Assembly: GCA_002269645.1 (NCBI GenBank)
Contig: NIVC01000030.1
Span: forward strand, 26,570 to 90,569
Direction of reading: 5' to 3'
DNA from: Macrostomum lignano
Taxonomy: Eukaryota
DNA: 64,000 nucleotides
The notes under the pieces were generated by a model. That model was not told where the DNA came from. It worked only from the letters and a program-made list of their open reading frames with translations, and searched no databases. The translations under genes and the position numbers were made by a program. Positions within the stretch are counted from its first letter, which is position 1. Each line of letters begins with the position of its first letter. Shown piece by piece: positions 12,873-26,589 of the stretch.

Positions 12873-15800
12873 CTATCTGGAAGAAATGTTGAAGTCTTCA
12901 AAGAGCCACGCGGTGTTATTCGAATAATTCAATTTGTAAGTTCCCTGCATTTATTTTTTGATTGTGAAATACTATGTAATTGATTTTGTAATTTGTAATT
13001 GAATTGAGAAGACACAAAGACACATAAGGGCACACCAAGACACACCATGGCACACCAAGATACATCAGGACACCAAGACACACCAAGACACATCAGGAAA
13101 TAAGGACACACCAAGACACACCGGGACGCAACAGGACACATCAGGACACATCAGGACACAACAGGACATATCAGGACACATCATGGCACACCAAGATACA
13201 TCAGGACACAACAGGACACATCAGGACACAACAAAACACATCAGGACACAACAAGACATCTGACATCAGGACACATAAGGACACATCAGGACATAAGGAC
13301 ACACCAAGACACACCAGGACACAACAGGACACAGGACACATCAAGACACATCAGGACACATCGGAAGACATCAGGACACATCAGGACACATCAAGACACA
13401 ACAGGACACATCAGGACACAACAAAACACATCAGGACACAACAAGACATCTGACATCAGGACACATCAAGACACAACAGGACACATCAGGACACAACAAA
13501 ACACATCAGGACACAACAAGACATCTGACATCAGGACACATCAAGACACAACAGGACACATCGGAAGACATCAGGACACATCAGGACACATCAATACACA
13601 ACAGGACACATCAGGACACAACAAAACACATCAGGACACAACAAGACATCTGACATCAGGACACATCAAGACACAACAGGACACATCAGGACACAACAAA
13701 ACACATCAGGACACAACAAGACATCTGACATCAGGACACATCAGGACATAAGGAAACACCAAGACACACCAGGACACAACAGGACACAGGACACATCAAG
13801 ACACATCAGGACACATCGGAAGACATCAGGACACATCAGGACACATCAAGACACAACAGGACACATCAGGACACAACAAAACACATCAGGACACAACAAG
13901 ACATCTGACATCAGGACACATAAGGACACATCAGGACATAAGGACACAACAGGACACACCAGGACACAACAAGACATCTGACATCAGGACACATCAAGAC
14001 ACAACAGGACACATCAGGACACAACAAAACACATCAGGACACAACAAGACATCTGACATCAGTACACATAAGGACACATCAGGACATAAGGACACAACAG
14101 GACACACCAGGACACAACAAGACATCTGACATCAGGACACATAAGGACACATCAGGACATAAGGACACAACAGGACACACCAGGACACAACAAGACATCT
14201 GACATCAGGACACATAAGGACACATCAGGACATAAGGACACAACAGGACACACCAGGACACAACAAGACATCTGACATCAGGACACATCAAGACACAACA
14301 GGACACATCAGGACACAACAAAACACATCAGGACACAACAAGACATCTGACATCAGGACACATAAGGACACATCAGGACATAAGGACACACCAAGACACA
14401 CCAGGACACCATTTAAATATATATGAATATTCCCGCAGCTGTTTGCAATCTTGGCATTTGCCACCACCGCGGGCTACAGCTCGACACTAAAGTTTAACTA
14501 CACGTGCAAATATAATTCAAATATTAAAGGCAGCGTGTCTGTGCAGATCGCTTATCCATTTCATATGGAGAGCCAGTCAAAGGTGACGCCGTTTTGCACA
14601 GACGCTTTGACGACGTTAGCACCGTCTGGTGACTACTATCCATATGGCAGTTATTCATCCTCTGCTCAGTTCTATGTATTTGTCGGCGTTATGGCTTTTC
14701 TATACACTATCGGCATCACTGTGCTATACGTGTTTTTCGACAATGTTTACCGCGACAATGATAGAGTGCCGCAGATTGTAAGTTTGACGTTTGATAAGGC
14801 TTCTTGTTGAGAGTTGCTTGATTGTGCTGGAAGTACAGGTGGGAAAACAACTGATGCGGGAGAGACACAAGGACAGATATGAAAGATAAGGACAAATTTT
14901 GAAAGACACAAGGACAGTCAACAGACACAAATACAGATGGGAAAGACACAAATACATATGAAAAATGGTAGAGACACAAGGAAAAGAGTTAAGAAAAGAC
15001 GGAGAAGGGTAGAGACGCAGGGGAGAAGGGTAGATACGCAGGGGAGAAGGGTAGATACGCAGGAGAGAAGGGTAGAGACGCAGGGGAGAAGGGTAGTTAC
15101 GCAGGGGAGAAGGGTAGAGACGCAGGGGAGAAGGGTAGATACGCAGGGGAGAAGGGTAGAGACGCAGGGGAGAAGGGTAGAGACGCAGGGGAGAAGGGTA
15201 GAGACGCAGGGGAGAAGGGTAGAGACGCAGGGGAGAAGGGTAGAGACGCAGGGGAGAAGGGTAGAGACGCAGGGGAGAAGGGTAGAGACGCAGGGGAGAA
15301 GGGTAGAGACGCAGGGGAGAAGGGTAGAGACATGGGAAAGGGTAGAGACAGGGGAAAGGGTAGAGACAGGGGAAAGGGTAGAGACAGGGGAAAGGGTAGA
15401 GACAGGGGAAAGGGTAGAGACAGGGGAAAGGGTAGAGACAGAAGAAAGGGTAGAGACAGGGGAAAAGGTAGAGACACGGGAAAGGGTAGAGACAGGGTAA
15501 AAGGGTAGAGACAGGGTAAAAGGGTAGAGACAGGGGAAAGGGTAGAGACAGAAGAAAGGGTAGAGACACGGGAAAGGGTAGAGACATGGGAAAGGGTAGA
15601 GACAGGGGAAAGGGTAGAGACAGGGTAAAAGGGTAGAGACAGGGGAAAGGGTAGAGACAGAAGAAAGGGTAGAGACAGGGGAAAGGGTAGAGACACGGGA
15701 AAGGGTAGAGACACGGGAAAGGGTAGAGACACGGGAAAGGGTAGAGACACGGGAAAGGGTAGAGACAGGGGAAAGGGTAGAGACATGGGAAAGGGTAGAG

Positions 15801-17237
15801 ACAGGGGAAAGGGTAGAGACACGGGAAAGGGTAGAGACATGGGAAAGGGTAGAGACAGGGGAAAGGGTAGAGACACGGAATAGAGTCGAAACACAAGAAA
15901 AAGGGTAGAGACACAGTGAGAAGGTTACGGACACAAAGAAAAGGAAGAGAAACAAGGTAAATTGGCACAGAGTAAACGTTAAAACTTAACGGCCACAGAA
16001 AGGAGATGATCGAGTCAGCTGATACTGACGCATTACAAAAACTAACTGTCATGAATCGAACAGGACTTCATCGTGACTGCCATCTGGTCAATACTGTGGT
16101 TCATCGCCTCCATTGCCTGGTCGGTCAGTGTCAGCTTTCTTAAACTGGAGACCTACAGTAGCCGGCTGTTCCACCAGATCACCGCCTGTCTGCCCGACTA
16201 CCGGGGCACCGCCGAATGCAATAATATTGAAGAGTTTGCCTATACTGGTCTTAATATCTCACTGGTTAGTTGGATATGCCATTGTTGTTTGCTATGGGGA
16301 TGCTGATTTCAGAATCAGATTATCCCAAATGAGATTCAGATTATCCCCATGAGATTCAGATTATCCCCATGAGATTCGGATTATCCCCATGAGATTCAGA
16401 TATTCCTCATGGGATTCAGATTATCTTCATGAGATTCAGATTATCTCAAATGAGATTCAGACTATCCCCATGAGATTCAGATATTCCTCATGGGATTCAG
16501 ATTATCTTCATGAGATTCAGATTATCTCAAATGAGATTCAGACTATCCCCATGAGATTCAGATATTCCTCATGGGATTCAGATTATCTTCATGAGATTCA
16601 GATTATCTCAAATGAGATTCAGATTATCCCCATGAGATTCAGATATTCCTCATGGGATTCAGATTATCTTCATGAGATTCAGATTATCTCAAATGAGATT
16701 CAGATTATCCACATGGGATTCAGATATTCCTCATGGGATTCAGATTATCTTCATGAGATTCAGATTATCTCAAATGAGATTCAGATTATCCACATGGGAT
16801 TCAGATATTCCTCATGAGATTCAGATTATCCCCATGAGATTCAGATTTTCTCCAAGAGATTCGTATTATCCCCATGAGATTCAGATTATCCCAAATGAGA
16901 TTCGGATTATCCCAAATCCCTATGAGATTCAGATTCAGTCCCTATGAGATTCAGATTAAGTCCCTATGAGATTCAGATTAAGTCCCTATGAGATTCAGAT
17001 TAAGTCCCCTTGAGATTCATATTATGTGAGAAACTTGAGTCCTTTTTTAATTCTATTTTTCTTTATTGCATGCAGATCTGTGGCTACGCCAACGTATTCC
17101 TGTGGGCCAGCAGCCTTTGGTTCCTATTCAAAGAGACCAGCTGGTTCAAGAGCATGCACCCGGAGCAGGCCTACGGCGGCGACTGGTACACAGGAGATAA
17201 TAAAAATGTTGTGGAGACTGGCGCTGGCATACCGTGA
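12873..17237 (+). CDS. SYP: Synaptophysin/synaptoporin-family MARVEL protein; start codon exon not located
   Basis: Exons 12873-12935 (VFKEPRGVIRIIQF), 14439-14777 (LFAILAFATTAGYS...), 16064-16264 (DFIVTAIWSILWFIAS...) and 17076-17237 (ICGYANVFLWASSLWFLFKETSWF...stop). All junctions are GT-AG and phase 0. Confidence 0.88.
13010..14410. repeat. Intronic satellite, about 10-bp CAGGACACAT unit with higher-order blocks
   Basis: Directly visible. It fills the synaptophysin intron 12936-14438. Confidence 0.95.
14995..15885. repeat. Intronic minisatellite; 21-bp GGGTAGAGACGCAGGGGAGAA switches to 18-bp GGGTAGAGACAGGGGAAA at about 15330
   Basis: Directly visible. It explains track ORFs 14724, 14918, 14937 and 15097. 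Confidence 0.95.
16305..17015. repeat. Intronic minisatellite, about 20-bp GAGATTCAGATTATCCCCAT with an 81-bp four-unit higher-order repeat
   Basis: Directly visible. The 27-aa periodicity in track ORF 16389 equals 81 bp. Confidence 0.95.
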
Positions 17238-18479
17238 TTTTGATTTACGTCAAAATGTGTTATTATGCCTCCTGCTTACTACTCATATTAAGTATGCTAC
17301 TTTAAGTAGGATTGATGATTTTTACAATTTAAAATTATAAAATTCTTTAAAATATTTACTTCATTCTTCTTAAATTAAACAGCCTAATGAACTGACCGAA
17401 ATTACACCTGACAGCAATTACACCTGACAGCAATTACACCTGACAGTAATTACAGCTGACAGCAATTACGTCTTGTTATCTTATGAGATTAATCGGTTTT
17501 TGAGTCATTTTTACTAATCTGTGAACTTATTACGTTGTTTAGTTGAATAGAAAATTGAAATAATTTAATTTTATCTTCTATGTATTGTATTCCAGAGTTA
17601 AGCATATAAATAGTCATTTGTTTAATATTTTCCATTGTAAGTTTACAACACGTTGCTTTTTGTTTTACTAATAAGTATCTCTTTGCAGTGCAATTTGTTA
17701 ATCTAGTCAGTTATATAATTTTAATTTACAGATTTTCAAAAAACTCAAACAGCTTGCAAACGTTTTTTTTTTGCTTTTCAGTTTTCTTACAATAAAACCA
17801 AATGAACACTGATTTATGTCTTTAATTCATTTTTCTCTGTCTGGTCATGGCGATAGTAGTTTATAGATGTTTTTCCCCTCTAATCATTTTTGATTGCGTG
17901 AAACTGTTCTCTGGCAGTAAAATTAAAAAACTTTATCTAATCAACGTTATGTGTGTTTATATTATAAAAATCGGTGTACTTTATTTACTTTATTTATACT
18001 TATTGTCGGTAGCTGGTGTACTGTGTTATAAGCATTAATACTGATATTTTAGTACTTTAAGACGTGCTTCTATGCAAATTATCACTACATATTTAACGGC
18101 TTGTTAACAAGTTTTGATATTCAGTGTTCCTGCAGTTTTTATATCCTAAACAGATATGTTCATGCACAGACCACTTAGCACGATATTAATAGCTATATAA
18201 TGTTGAAATTAATGCCTACTAATATTTATTTATTAGCAGTGTTATTGAATGATCAATGATGCTTTAGTGTTATGAAACATTTCTATTATTCAGAAAGACT
18301 TCATTTTTGTTGGTTTTTCTTTTTTAATTCAATTTTCTGTAGCCTTGATCAAGTTTATAAGCTTAGGTGTTCAGTAGGCAAGTTAGTGCATAGACCAGGG
18401 TTCTTTCTTTATTCATTTTTTTACTTACGAGTAAGGGCTAGAGGCTAGGAGTAGAATCTGGAACAATACTGCTGGCCAG

Positions 18480-18990
18480 AGAAAGAGAGAAGATCGGAGA
18501 AAGGGGAAAGGACAGGAGAGGAGCAAGGGAAGATAGGAGATAAGAGGAGAAAGTAGGTGAGCGAGGGGAGAGATGAGAGGAAAGGAGAGACTAGAGATAA
18601 GATAAGAGGAGAAGCGAGAGATAAGAGAGGAGAGGGGAGAGAAGGTGAGATAGAGGAGAGGTTAGATGAGGTGAGAGAGGATAGGGGAGACGAGATGAGA
18701 GAGAGAAGAGGGGACGGGAGGTGAGAGAGAAGATGGGAGAGAAAAGATGGGAGAGGACGAGAATGAGGTGAAATAGAGTAGAGGGGAGACGAGAAATAAA
18801 AGGGGAGATTAGAGATGAGAGATGAAAAAAGACGAGAGGGGAGAGAGGAAAGGGAAGAGAGTGGAGATACCCAGGAGAGTGGAAAAGAGGTGAGAATGCA
18901 GAGATGAGAGGAGGGAGATAGTGGAGGGGGAGAGGAGAGGAAGGAAGTAAGATAAGAAAGAAAAAACGGAAAAATACAAGAAAGCTAAGA
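18480..18990. repeat. Purine-rich (GA) low-complexity tract upstream of FLAD1
   Basis: About 500 bp almost entirely G/A. Confidence 0.85.
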
Positions 18991-19259
18991 AGAAACATAA
19001 ACATTGAGCGGTCCGAATTGCTATTGTGAAGTTTCAAAGGACCCGAGGGTCGGATAGAGAGGCTTCACGGGCTGAAGCGGACAGTGCATTAGTAAAGGTG
19101 TTATATGTCTGTTTGAGTACACTTTGATGAAATTAAAAATTTCGCTTTAATTTTTCTGCATGGTTCAGGTGTACAGGTGATAGTACATTTGGATTCTACT
19201 GAAGAAAAGATTTCTTTAAAGATGAATAGATTTTTCTTTTCGAAATTATCTAATCGTTG

Positions 19260-22200
19260 ATGCACTGCATGTCTAATTGTTTTCTAATTAACATTGCTTC
19301 TTCGATAAGACCTGGACGTAAACTCTTGTTAAATTGTTCCGCGCAGAGCTTACGCTGTTTCAAAATATCAGCAGCAGCAAAAACAAAGACTACAGGAATG
19401 CAGCAGACCCCAAGCTTCGCTAGTAATAGACGTTTCGCTCTTCTGGTTATTGGCGATGAAATTCTTAAAGGCCAAGTTGCCGATACCAACACTTATTATC
19501 TTTGTCGTCAGTTAACTTCGCTGGGTCATCGAGTTTGCGAAGTGTCAGTCATAGCGGATTCCAAACAGGTCATTGCCGATCGAGTCCGGTATCTGTCAGC
19601 CAACTATGATTACGTCATCACCACAGGCGGCATTGGGCCGACGCATGACGATGTCACTTTTGAAGCAATCGCTGGCGCCTTCAACGAAACGACGCATCAT
19701 CATCCTGAGTTGGTGTCGATTGTTAGACAATATTTTGATAAAACTGCTGATCCTAACGAACCAATTGAGTCCTATATTCACAAGCCTTACATGCGACTGT
19801 GCCGGGTGCCGTTGTCAGCTGTGCTAAATTACGGATTTGATGCTAGCACTAGCAAACGCTCCGAATATCCGGTAGTTAGCGTTAGCAACGTTTTCGTCTT
19901 TCCTGGCGTGCCGAGTCTGTGCAAGAAGGTGATTCTTTGAAAATTTAGATGCATATTTTCCTATAAATGCAATGCGTCGCGTTCAAAACTGCACATTGAA
20001 CTTAGCTCGTTTCCTTGAAAGCAACGGAAGTCAAAACTTGTGATACTAAATCAACTAAGCGAAAATTGGTAGAGAGGTACATTTTGCTTTTTTGGACTTA
20101 AGCCAACAAGCTACGAGTACTTAAGTCATTCAAGAACGCCAGCCATTTAACAGGATGTAGCTCGTAAAAGTGTCAGCTGAGACTTATTAGTCTTGACGAT
20201 TCAGCATATGGATGAACACGTAAAAAAGCTTTCTGGGGTGTTTCATAGATTTTACAAGCTACAACCTGAATAGCTACAAGTTACAAGCTAAAAGAAAGAT
20301 TGTTTAACAAGGCTGCTTGTAGATTTTAGCCAAAAAAAATTACGTTTACAAGCTTGTAGCTATTTTTTATCGTCTATGGTAAATACATCTACGTCTTCGA
20401 AGACAGTTAACTTGGAAACGCAACGAGCGTCGGGGATAACCAAATAAGGCTTAAATACTATCAGACAATTCTTATGCATGTTCCTCCCGAAACCTTGACA
20501 TGTAATCGATGTAGTTCGCGTTCCAGATGAAATTTACACACTCTTCAAACGTGTGCCACCGCTTGAGTTCGACAGAGTCTTTGCTATCATCATGAGACGA
20601 GTCAAATAACACAATAATTTAATCAAAATAATAGTTGAAGGCAAGAAGACAAAAAGTGCTTCAATAACAAATTTACAAGCTTGAGCTTGAGCAAAAGAAG
20701 ACAACTCTTCAACTTTTCAGCCAAAACGCTTGTAGCACGAACTTGTAACTATTCTCTTGTAGCTTGTAAAACCTTGTAGCTTCGCTAAAATATATAATCG
20801 GAAAATCCTTGATTGAAAAAAACATCAATTAAATAGCCATTGAAAAATTCTCCTGAAACTAATAGTCGTACAGCAAATGACACCGCTATGTTTAAGGCAG
20901 GGCACGTAGTGTATAGGTATATAATATAATAAAACTAAAGACTATCACACTTATAAATCACCCAATTAACTAAGGCCTACCGACTGATGGAGAGCCAGTT
21001 CAAAGGTCGCAATCAGCAGCAACAATCATCAAATTCTGTCAACAGTACTGACAAGGCCTCTTCTAGAAGCAACGATTCCCCATCGCCAGTACCAATCGAT
21101 ACGGCCGATAATATCTATATTAATCGGGACGAAATTAATCTGACACCAATTATTGATAATTTGGTTGCAAAATTTCCCAGCGTAACAATTGGCAGCTATC
21201 CAGAATGGCACAATCGATATTATAAGACTCGGATTTATCTGGAAGCTGGTACGGTGGACGAATTGACAGCTTGTAGGAAGTTTCTTACCGATCAATTTGA
21301 CGCTAAAGAGTTGGTTCGTTACGACCCCGATCCAGTGAAACGCGCCAACATTAAAGTTGAACAATTTATTGTTGATACACAATCCGACAATCTGAACCAG
21401 TTTCAACTGGCATTCGATGTTGCTAAACGAGCTATTAGTAACTATGGACTAGATGCTATCGCTGTTGGTTTCAATGGCGGCAAAGATTGTACAGCCTTGT
21501 TGCATTTGGTGTACGCTGCTGCCGCCGCTACTACTACTATTGGTAGTAGTAAGGGTTAGTGTAAAATTCTTACATTTTCTATGCGTACGCAAGAATTAAT
21601 ATATTGGATAGGGCCGCAACCCTAAGTGGCGCCAATATTTGATCTCTTAGTGAGCGTCCTTGTCTCTTGGTGGGCGCCCCTGTCTCTTAGTGAGCGTCCC
21701 TGTCTCTTGGTGGGCGTCCCTGTCTCTTGGTGGGCGTCCCTGTCTTTTGGTGGGCGCCCCTGTCTCTTAGTGAGCGTCCCTGTCTCTTGGTGGGCGTCCC
21801 TGTCTTTTGGTGGGCGTCCCTGTCTTTTGGTGGGCGCCCCTGTCTCTTAGTGAGCGTCCTTGTCTCTTGGTGGGCGTCCCTGTCTCTTAGTGAGCGTCCC
21901 TGTCTCTTGGTGGGCGCCCCTGTCTCTTAGTGAGCGTCCCTGTCTATTGGTGGGCGCCCCTGTCTCTTAGTGATCGTCCCTGTCTCTTGGTGGGCGCCCC
22001 TGTCTCTTAGTGAGCGCCCGTGTCTCTTAGTGGGCGCCCCTGTCTCTTGGTGGGCGTCCCTGTCTCTTGGTGGGCACCCGTCTCCTGGTGGTCGCCCCTG
22101 TCTCTTGGTGGGCGCAGCTGTCTCTCTTGGTGGATGCCCCTGTCTCTTGTGGACGCCCCTGTCTTTTGGTGGGTGGGCGCCCCCTGTCTCTTGGTAGATC

Positions 22201-22807
22201 CCCCTTATCCCTGGATCGCGCCTGGCCCCCTCTGCGTACACTACTAATATCGATAGTTTTAATTTTAACAACTGGTACTGTCTGTTAGTTAGTTGTCTAT
22301 ACATATCGGTAGTTAAACAACAGTGAAGCAATACAACTCGTTAATGCACACCGTCTGTCTCAATTTTTTAGGCCAACAACAGCAGAAATTGCGCCTGCTC
22401 TATTTGCGTTCTCGACAACAATTTCCCGAAGCCGAATTGTTTATCGATGAAACTGTAGAACGATATTCGCCTAATGTGCAGCTGCTTGCTTACGAAGGCG
22501 ATATGAAGGTAATTTCTGATTATCTGGAATAGATTCTACTGATTTCGTACTGACTGTAACGCTTTCGATTCTGTACAAATTGATAGAAATAAATTTGTAT
22601 CGATCCTCTTCCTTCGACTTCTATTTATTTTTCAATTCACGTTTAGACCTGTCTTCACGAGATGAAACGCGATTGGCCAAGCATTAGAGCCGTGTTCATG
22701 GGCACCAGAAGCACAGATCCTCGGTCTGGCCATCTGAACTATGAGCAGGTATGTTGTTTGAGTCTTTGTTTGAGTCTTTGTAGTAAGTAAATTTGTAGTA
22801 GTAACAG

Positions 22808-22861
<54 letters not shown>

Positions 22862-22935
22862 CCTATCTATCTATATATCTATCTATCTTCCTATCTATCA
22901 TCTATCATCTATCTATCTATCTATCTATCTATCTG

Positions 22936-22966
<31 letters not shown>

Positions 22967-23034
22967 GTCTATCTATCTATCTATCTATCTATCCATCTGT
23001 TTATCTATCTACAAAATTTGTATATATCTATCTT

Positions 23035-23114
<80 letters not shown>

Positions 23115-23567
23115 TATTTGATATTTCCCGCCATACATGACAGATGAGTGCAGGTTAAAACGCCACACTTATCAACAGACATTAAGCCCCACTGTACACT
23201 GTACAGTGCTGCAGTATCAATCAATTTTTCTCAGATGACGGACGTTGAGGCTGGATGGCCGGAGTTCCTGCGCATCTCGCCGCTGCTCCAGTGGTCCTAC
23301 TCGGACGTGTGGCGATTCCTCCGCACCCTCTGCCTGCCCTACTGCCCGCTGTACGATCGGGGCTACACGTCTCTAGGCGACATGTCCAACACGCACCCCA
23401 ATCCCAAGCTGCAGTACAAAGATTCGCGTGGATTGTTAAAGTACATGCCGGCCTATTGTTTAGAGTCGGGTAGCGACGAACGGAAAGGCAGAAATCAGCA
23501 GCCGCAGCAGACTGAGTCTTCATCTGGGCCAGATGCCAAGAATGGCGGAGCCAGGCCTGCGTTGTGA
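19260..23567 (+). CDS. FLAD1: Bifunctional FAD synthase with an N-terminal molybdopterin-binding/CinA-like domain and a C-terminal PAPS-reductase-like domain
   Basis: Exons 19260-19928, 20975-21554, 22372-22508, 22647-22748 and 23235-23567 are phase-consistent. Motifs: IGDEILKG, TGGIGPTHDD, FPGVP, IGSYP, FNGGKDC, MGTRSTDP, LYDRGYTSLG. Confidence 0.93.
21645..22195. repeat. Intronic 20-bp minisatellite CCTGTCTCTTGGTGGGCGTC
   Basis: Directly visible in FLAD1 intron 2. Confidence 0.95.
22808..23114. repeat. (TATC)n and (TAG)n microsatellites in FLAD1 intron 4
   Basis: TATC at about 22808-22990, TAG at about 23034-23114. Confidence 0.95.
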
Positions 23568-23729
23568 TTTGCTTTTTTATTCAATTGATTACTTGAAAGA
23601 CATTTTCCAATCAATTAGTTCTTTCTCAGTGGTTTTGTTTAATAACAATGCGAATCGATATTTTTGAATTTCTGTGTTTAGGCAATTTCATTATTGTATA
23701 TTTAATAGTATGCTAAGCTGAAGTTGTCA

Positions 23730-24050
23730 GGGGGGGGCGTAACCCAGTGGTCCAGCGCGGCCCTCTGTTGTGCCAGCGGCCCAGGCTCGATTCCAAGTGC
23801 AGTCAACATTAATTTGCAGTGCAGTGAAGTGTACACTGTACACTCCTGTGTGAGTGTGTGCCTGTGCGTATGACTGCGTACGTATCCGCGCGCTTGTGTG
23901 CCAACGGCGCAGACCCCCCCCTCCCCTTTGCCGATAACGCCACACCCCCAAGGCACAGAAAGTGTACATGCCAGACGGTTAGAAAGCCAGAGCCGCTGTA
24001 CACCCTGTGTGAGCGTGTGCGTGAGTGCGTGTCTGTGTACGTTATTGGCG
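23730..24050 (+). mobile_element. tRNA-derived SINE family B, internally deleted and rearranged copy
   Basis: G-run, then CGTAACCCAGTGG (A box) and GGCTCGATTCC (B-box-like) followed by AAGTGCAGTC. It matches the copies at 41726-42090 and about 58815-59060. Confidence 0.75.
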
Positions 24051-24409
24051 CGTTGGTATGTGCTCAAAAGTCAAGGGACTGGGTGGTTTTAAGACTATGT
24101 CACCGAAGGTATTTCGCCAGGGTGTCCACTACCATCCTGCGAATATCCTGCTAGCAAATTATTGATTAATTTTTACTGTCTCTCTGCGTGCATCATTATT
24201 GTTTTTCTTTTAATTACAAAAGTAAATCTTCGCATAATTTTGTTTAGTTTATAATTGACGTTGGTGTAGAGTAGATGTTTTTTAGTGTTGAGAACTTACA
24301 TTTAGTTAGTGCTCTAAGTTATAGTTCTTAAAATTAATCTATAGTTTTCTTTTATTTGTTGCTTTGTAGTTAAATTTGATTGATTGTATGCAACTGTGTG
24401 TCTAATAAG

Positions 24410-24651
24410 GCAGAAAGACAGACAAATAGGACACAGCAGGACAGACACTAAACAGACACTAGGATAGGTAGACAGACAGACATTATGACAGGAAGACAGA
24501 CAGACAGACACTAGGACAGGTAGACAGACAGACAGACAGACACACACTAGGACAGGTAGACAGACACTAGGACAGGCAGAAAGACAGACAGACACTAGGA
24601 CAGGTATGCAGACACTAGGACAGGTAGACAGACAGACAGACAGACAAACAA

Positions 24652-24710
<59 letters not shown>

Positions 24711-24780
24711 CTAGGACAGGCAGACAGACAGACAGAAACTAGGACAGGCAGACAGACAGACAGACAGACAGTAGGACAGG

Positions 24781-24814
<34 letters not shown>

Positions 24815-24930
24815 CTAGGACAGGCAGACAGACAGACAGAAACTAGGACAGGCAGACAGACAGACAGACAGACAGACACTAGGACCGGCAGACAGACAGA
24901 CAGACAGACACTAGGACAGGTAGACAGGAC
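24410..24930. repeat. (GACA)n microsatellite with ACTAGGACAG interruptions
   Basis: Directly visible upstream of the TMEM9 coding start. Confidence 0.95.
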
Positions 24931-25050
24931 CGGCAAAAGTGTACACACGCGGTCAGACAAATAAATGTTTGGCTTTTTTTTTAACTTATATTTTTTCTAT
25001 ATTAAACGTTTTTTTCAGTCAACCTTTAATAATCTTTCAGTCATTTAAAA

Positions 25051-25470
25051 ATGGCTCCGCTTCTTCTACTCGCTTTCTGCTTTCTTCCTCTCCTAGTAGA
25101 CGGCAGCTCGGAGAGTTTCTTTTTGGAAGATTTTGCCGACACTCGCTGCAAATGCGTCTGTCCGCGAGGCTTCCCCGCTGCTCCTACTGCTGCTGCTCCC
25201 ACGGCCGCCGCAGCTGTCAAGGACTCCGCAGCTGCCACTCAGCCTCAGAAGCGTCGAGTCTGGGTTGCTCAGGTCCGACCCGGCGAGAAATGCGGCTGCG
25301 AAGCCACCGTGACCGCTTCGGCCGCCTCCGCCTCCGCCGCCTCGGCTGCCGCTCAACTCGCCGAATATTGCAGACGGTGCAAATGCCAGGCTGAGAGCAG
25401 GAATTCCGCTGTGCAGAAGGTGAGGCTGTTTGTCTGAATCTGTCTGTCTGTCTGTGTGTCTGTCTGTCTT

Positions 25471-25515
<45 letters not shown>

Positions 25516-25526
25516 CTGTCTGTCTT

Positions 25527-25567
<41 letters not shown>

Positions 25568-25581
25568 CTGTCTGTCTTTCT

Positions 25582-25615
<34 letters not shown>

Positions 25616-25701
25616 CTGTCTGTCTTTCTGTCTGTCTGTCTGTCTGTCTGTGTGTCTGTCTTTCTGTATGTCTGTCTGTCTATCTGTTTGTGTGTCTGTC
25701 C

Positions 25702-25755
<54 letters not shown>

Positions 25756-25768
25756 CTGTCTGTTTGTG

Positions 25769-25811
<43 letters not shown>

Positions 25812-25818
25812 CTGTGTC

Positions 25819-25871
<53 letters not shown>

Positions 25872-25908
25872 GTCTGTCTGTGCGTCTGTCTGTCTGTCTG
25901 TCTGCCTT

Positions 25909-25957
<49 letters not shown>

Positions 25958-26442
25958 GTGTCTGTCTTTCTATCTATCTACAATCTGTCATTTTGTGTAC
26001 TAATATAGACTATTTTCATTTTTAAGTGTATCCCCTTGTACTCATAAACCAACTGCTGCAGGTGGTGATAATCTCCCTACTGTTAACCATTGGCTGCCTG
26101 TGCCTCTACATGCTGCTGCTGTTCCTGCTGTGGAGCAGCCGCGGCGCTCGCGACCAAACCGGCCGGACGTGTCGCGCTTGGCTGTCGGACATTTACCAGC
26201 TGATCTGCTGCCGACACCCTGACGGAGTTGTCGGAGCCGAGGATGAGCAGGCCTTCCCTAGAGAGGATGCTGATACCGGCCATTCAGACGAGGGAGCTTC
26301 GGTTGGCGATTGGTCGGGAGTTCGAATCCGGACAGCTAGCGACGCGGTGGTAACCAGGGCTCGGGCTAAACAAGCCGAGTGGTCGAAATCTGTGGCGGCT
26401 CAAAGAGACAGGGTTTATCGGCATCGGTCTATGCTGCAGTGA
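25051..26442 (+). CDS. TMEM9: TMEM9-family type I membrane protein
   Basis: Exons 25051-25419 and 26062-26442. Signal peptide, DTRCKCVCP...CGC...YCRRCKC cysteine pattern, TM segment [20 protein letters not shown], and C-terminus [19 protein letters not shown]. Confidence 0.88.
25430..25975. repeat. (TCTG)n microsatellite in TMEM9 intron 1
   Basis: Directly visible. It is the reverse complement of the upstream (GACA)n. Confidence 0.95.
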
Positions 26443-26589
26443 CTATTCTCTTAATCCTCATGATCTGTATCTCAATTATTATGGTATCTAGTCAGTGTCT
26501 GTTGCTGGTTATTGTCTAAACTGTTGCTAACCCCTTGTTTTTTGCCCCTTTCCACTAATTAACGCTATTGGAAACCTATATAATTAAGC

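Noticed and set aside
14724-16052. Long repetitive ORFs in the track (also 16389, 21626-22331, 25430-26025, 33554-34654, 35956-36808, 37286-38445, 38460-39469, 45636-46316)
   Set aside because: They are translations of stop-free minisatellites, open in several frames or strands, and most lie inside introns whose flanking exons join in phase.
20245-20790. Inverted ACAAGCT-rich repeats in FLAD1 intron 1
   Set aside because: Probably an old MITE, but ends and TSD could not be defined, so it is not listed as a feature.
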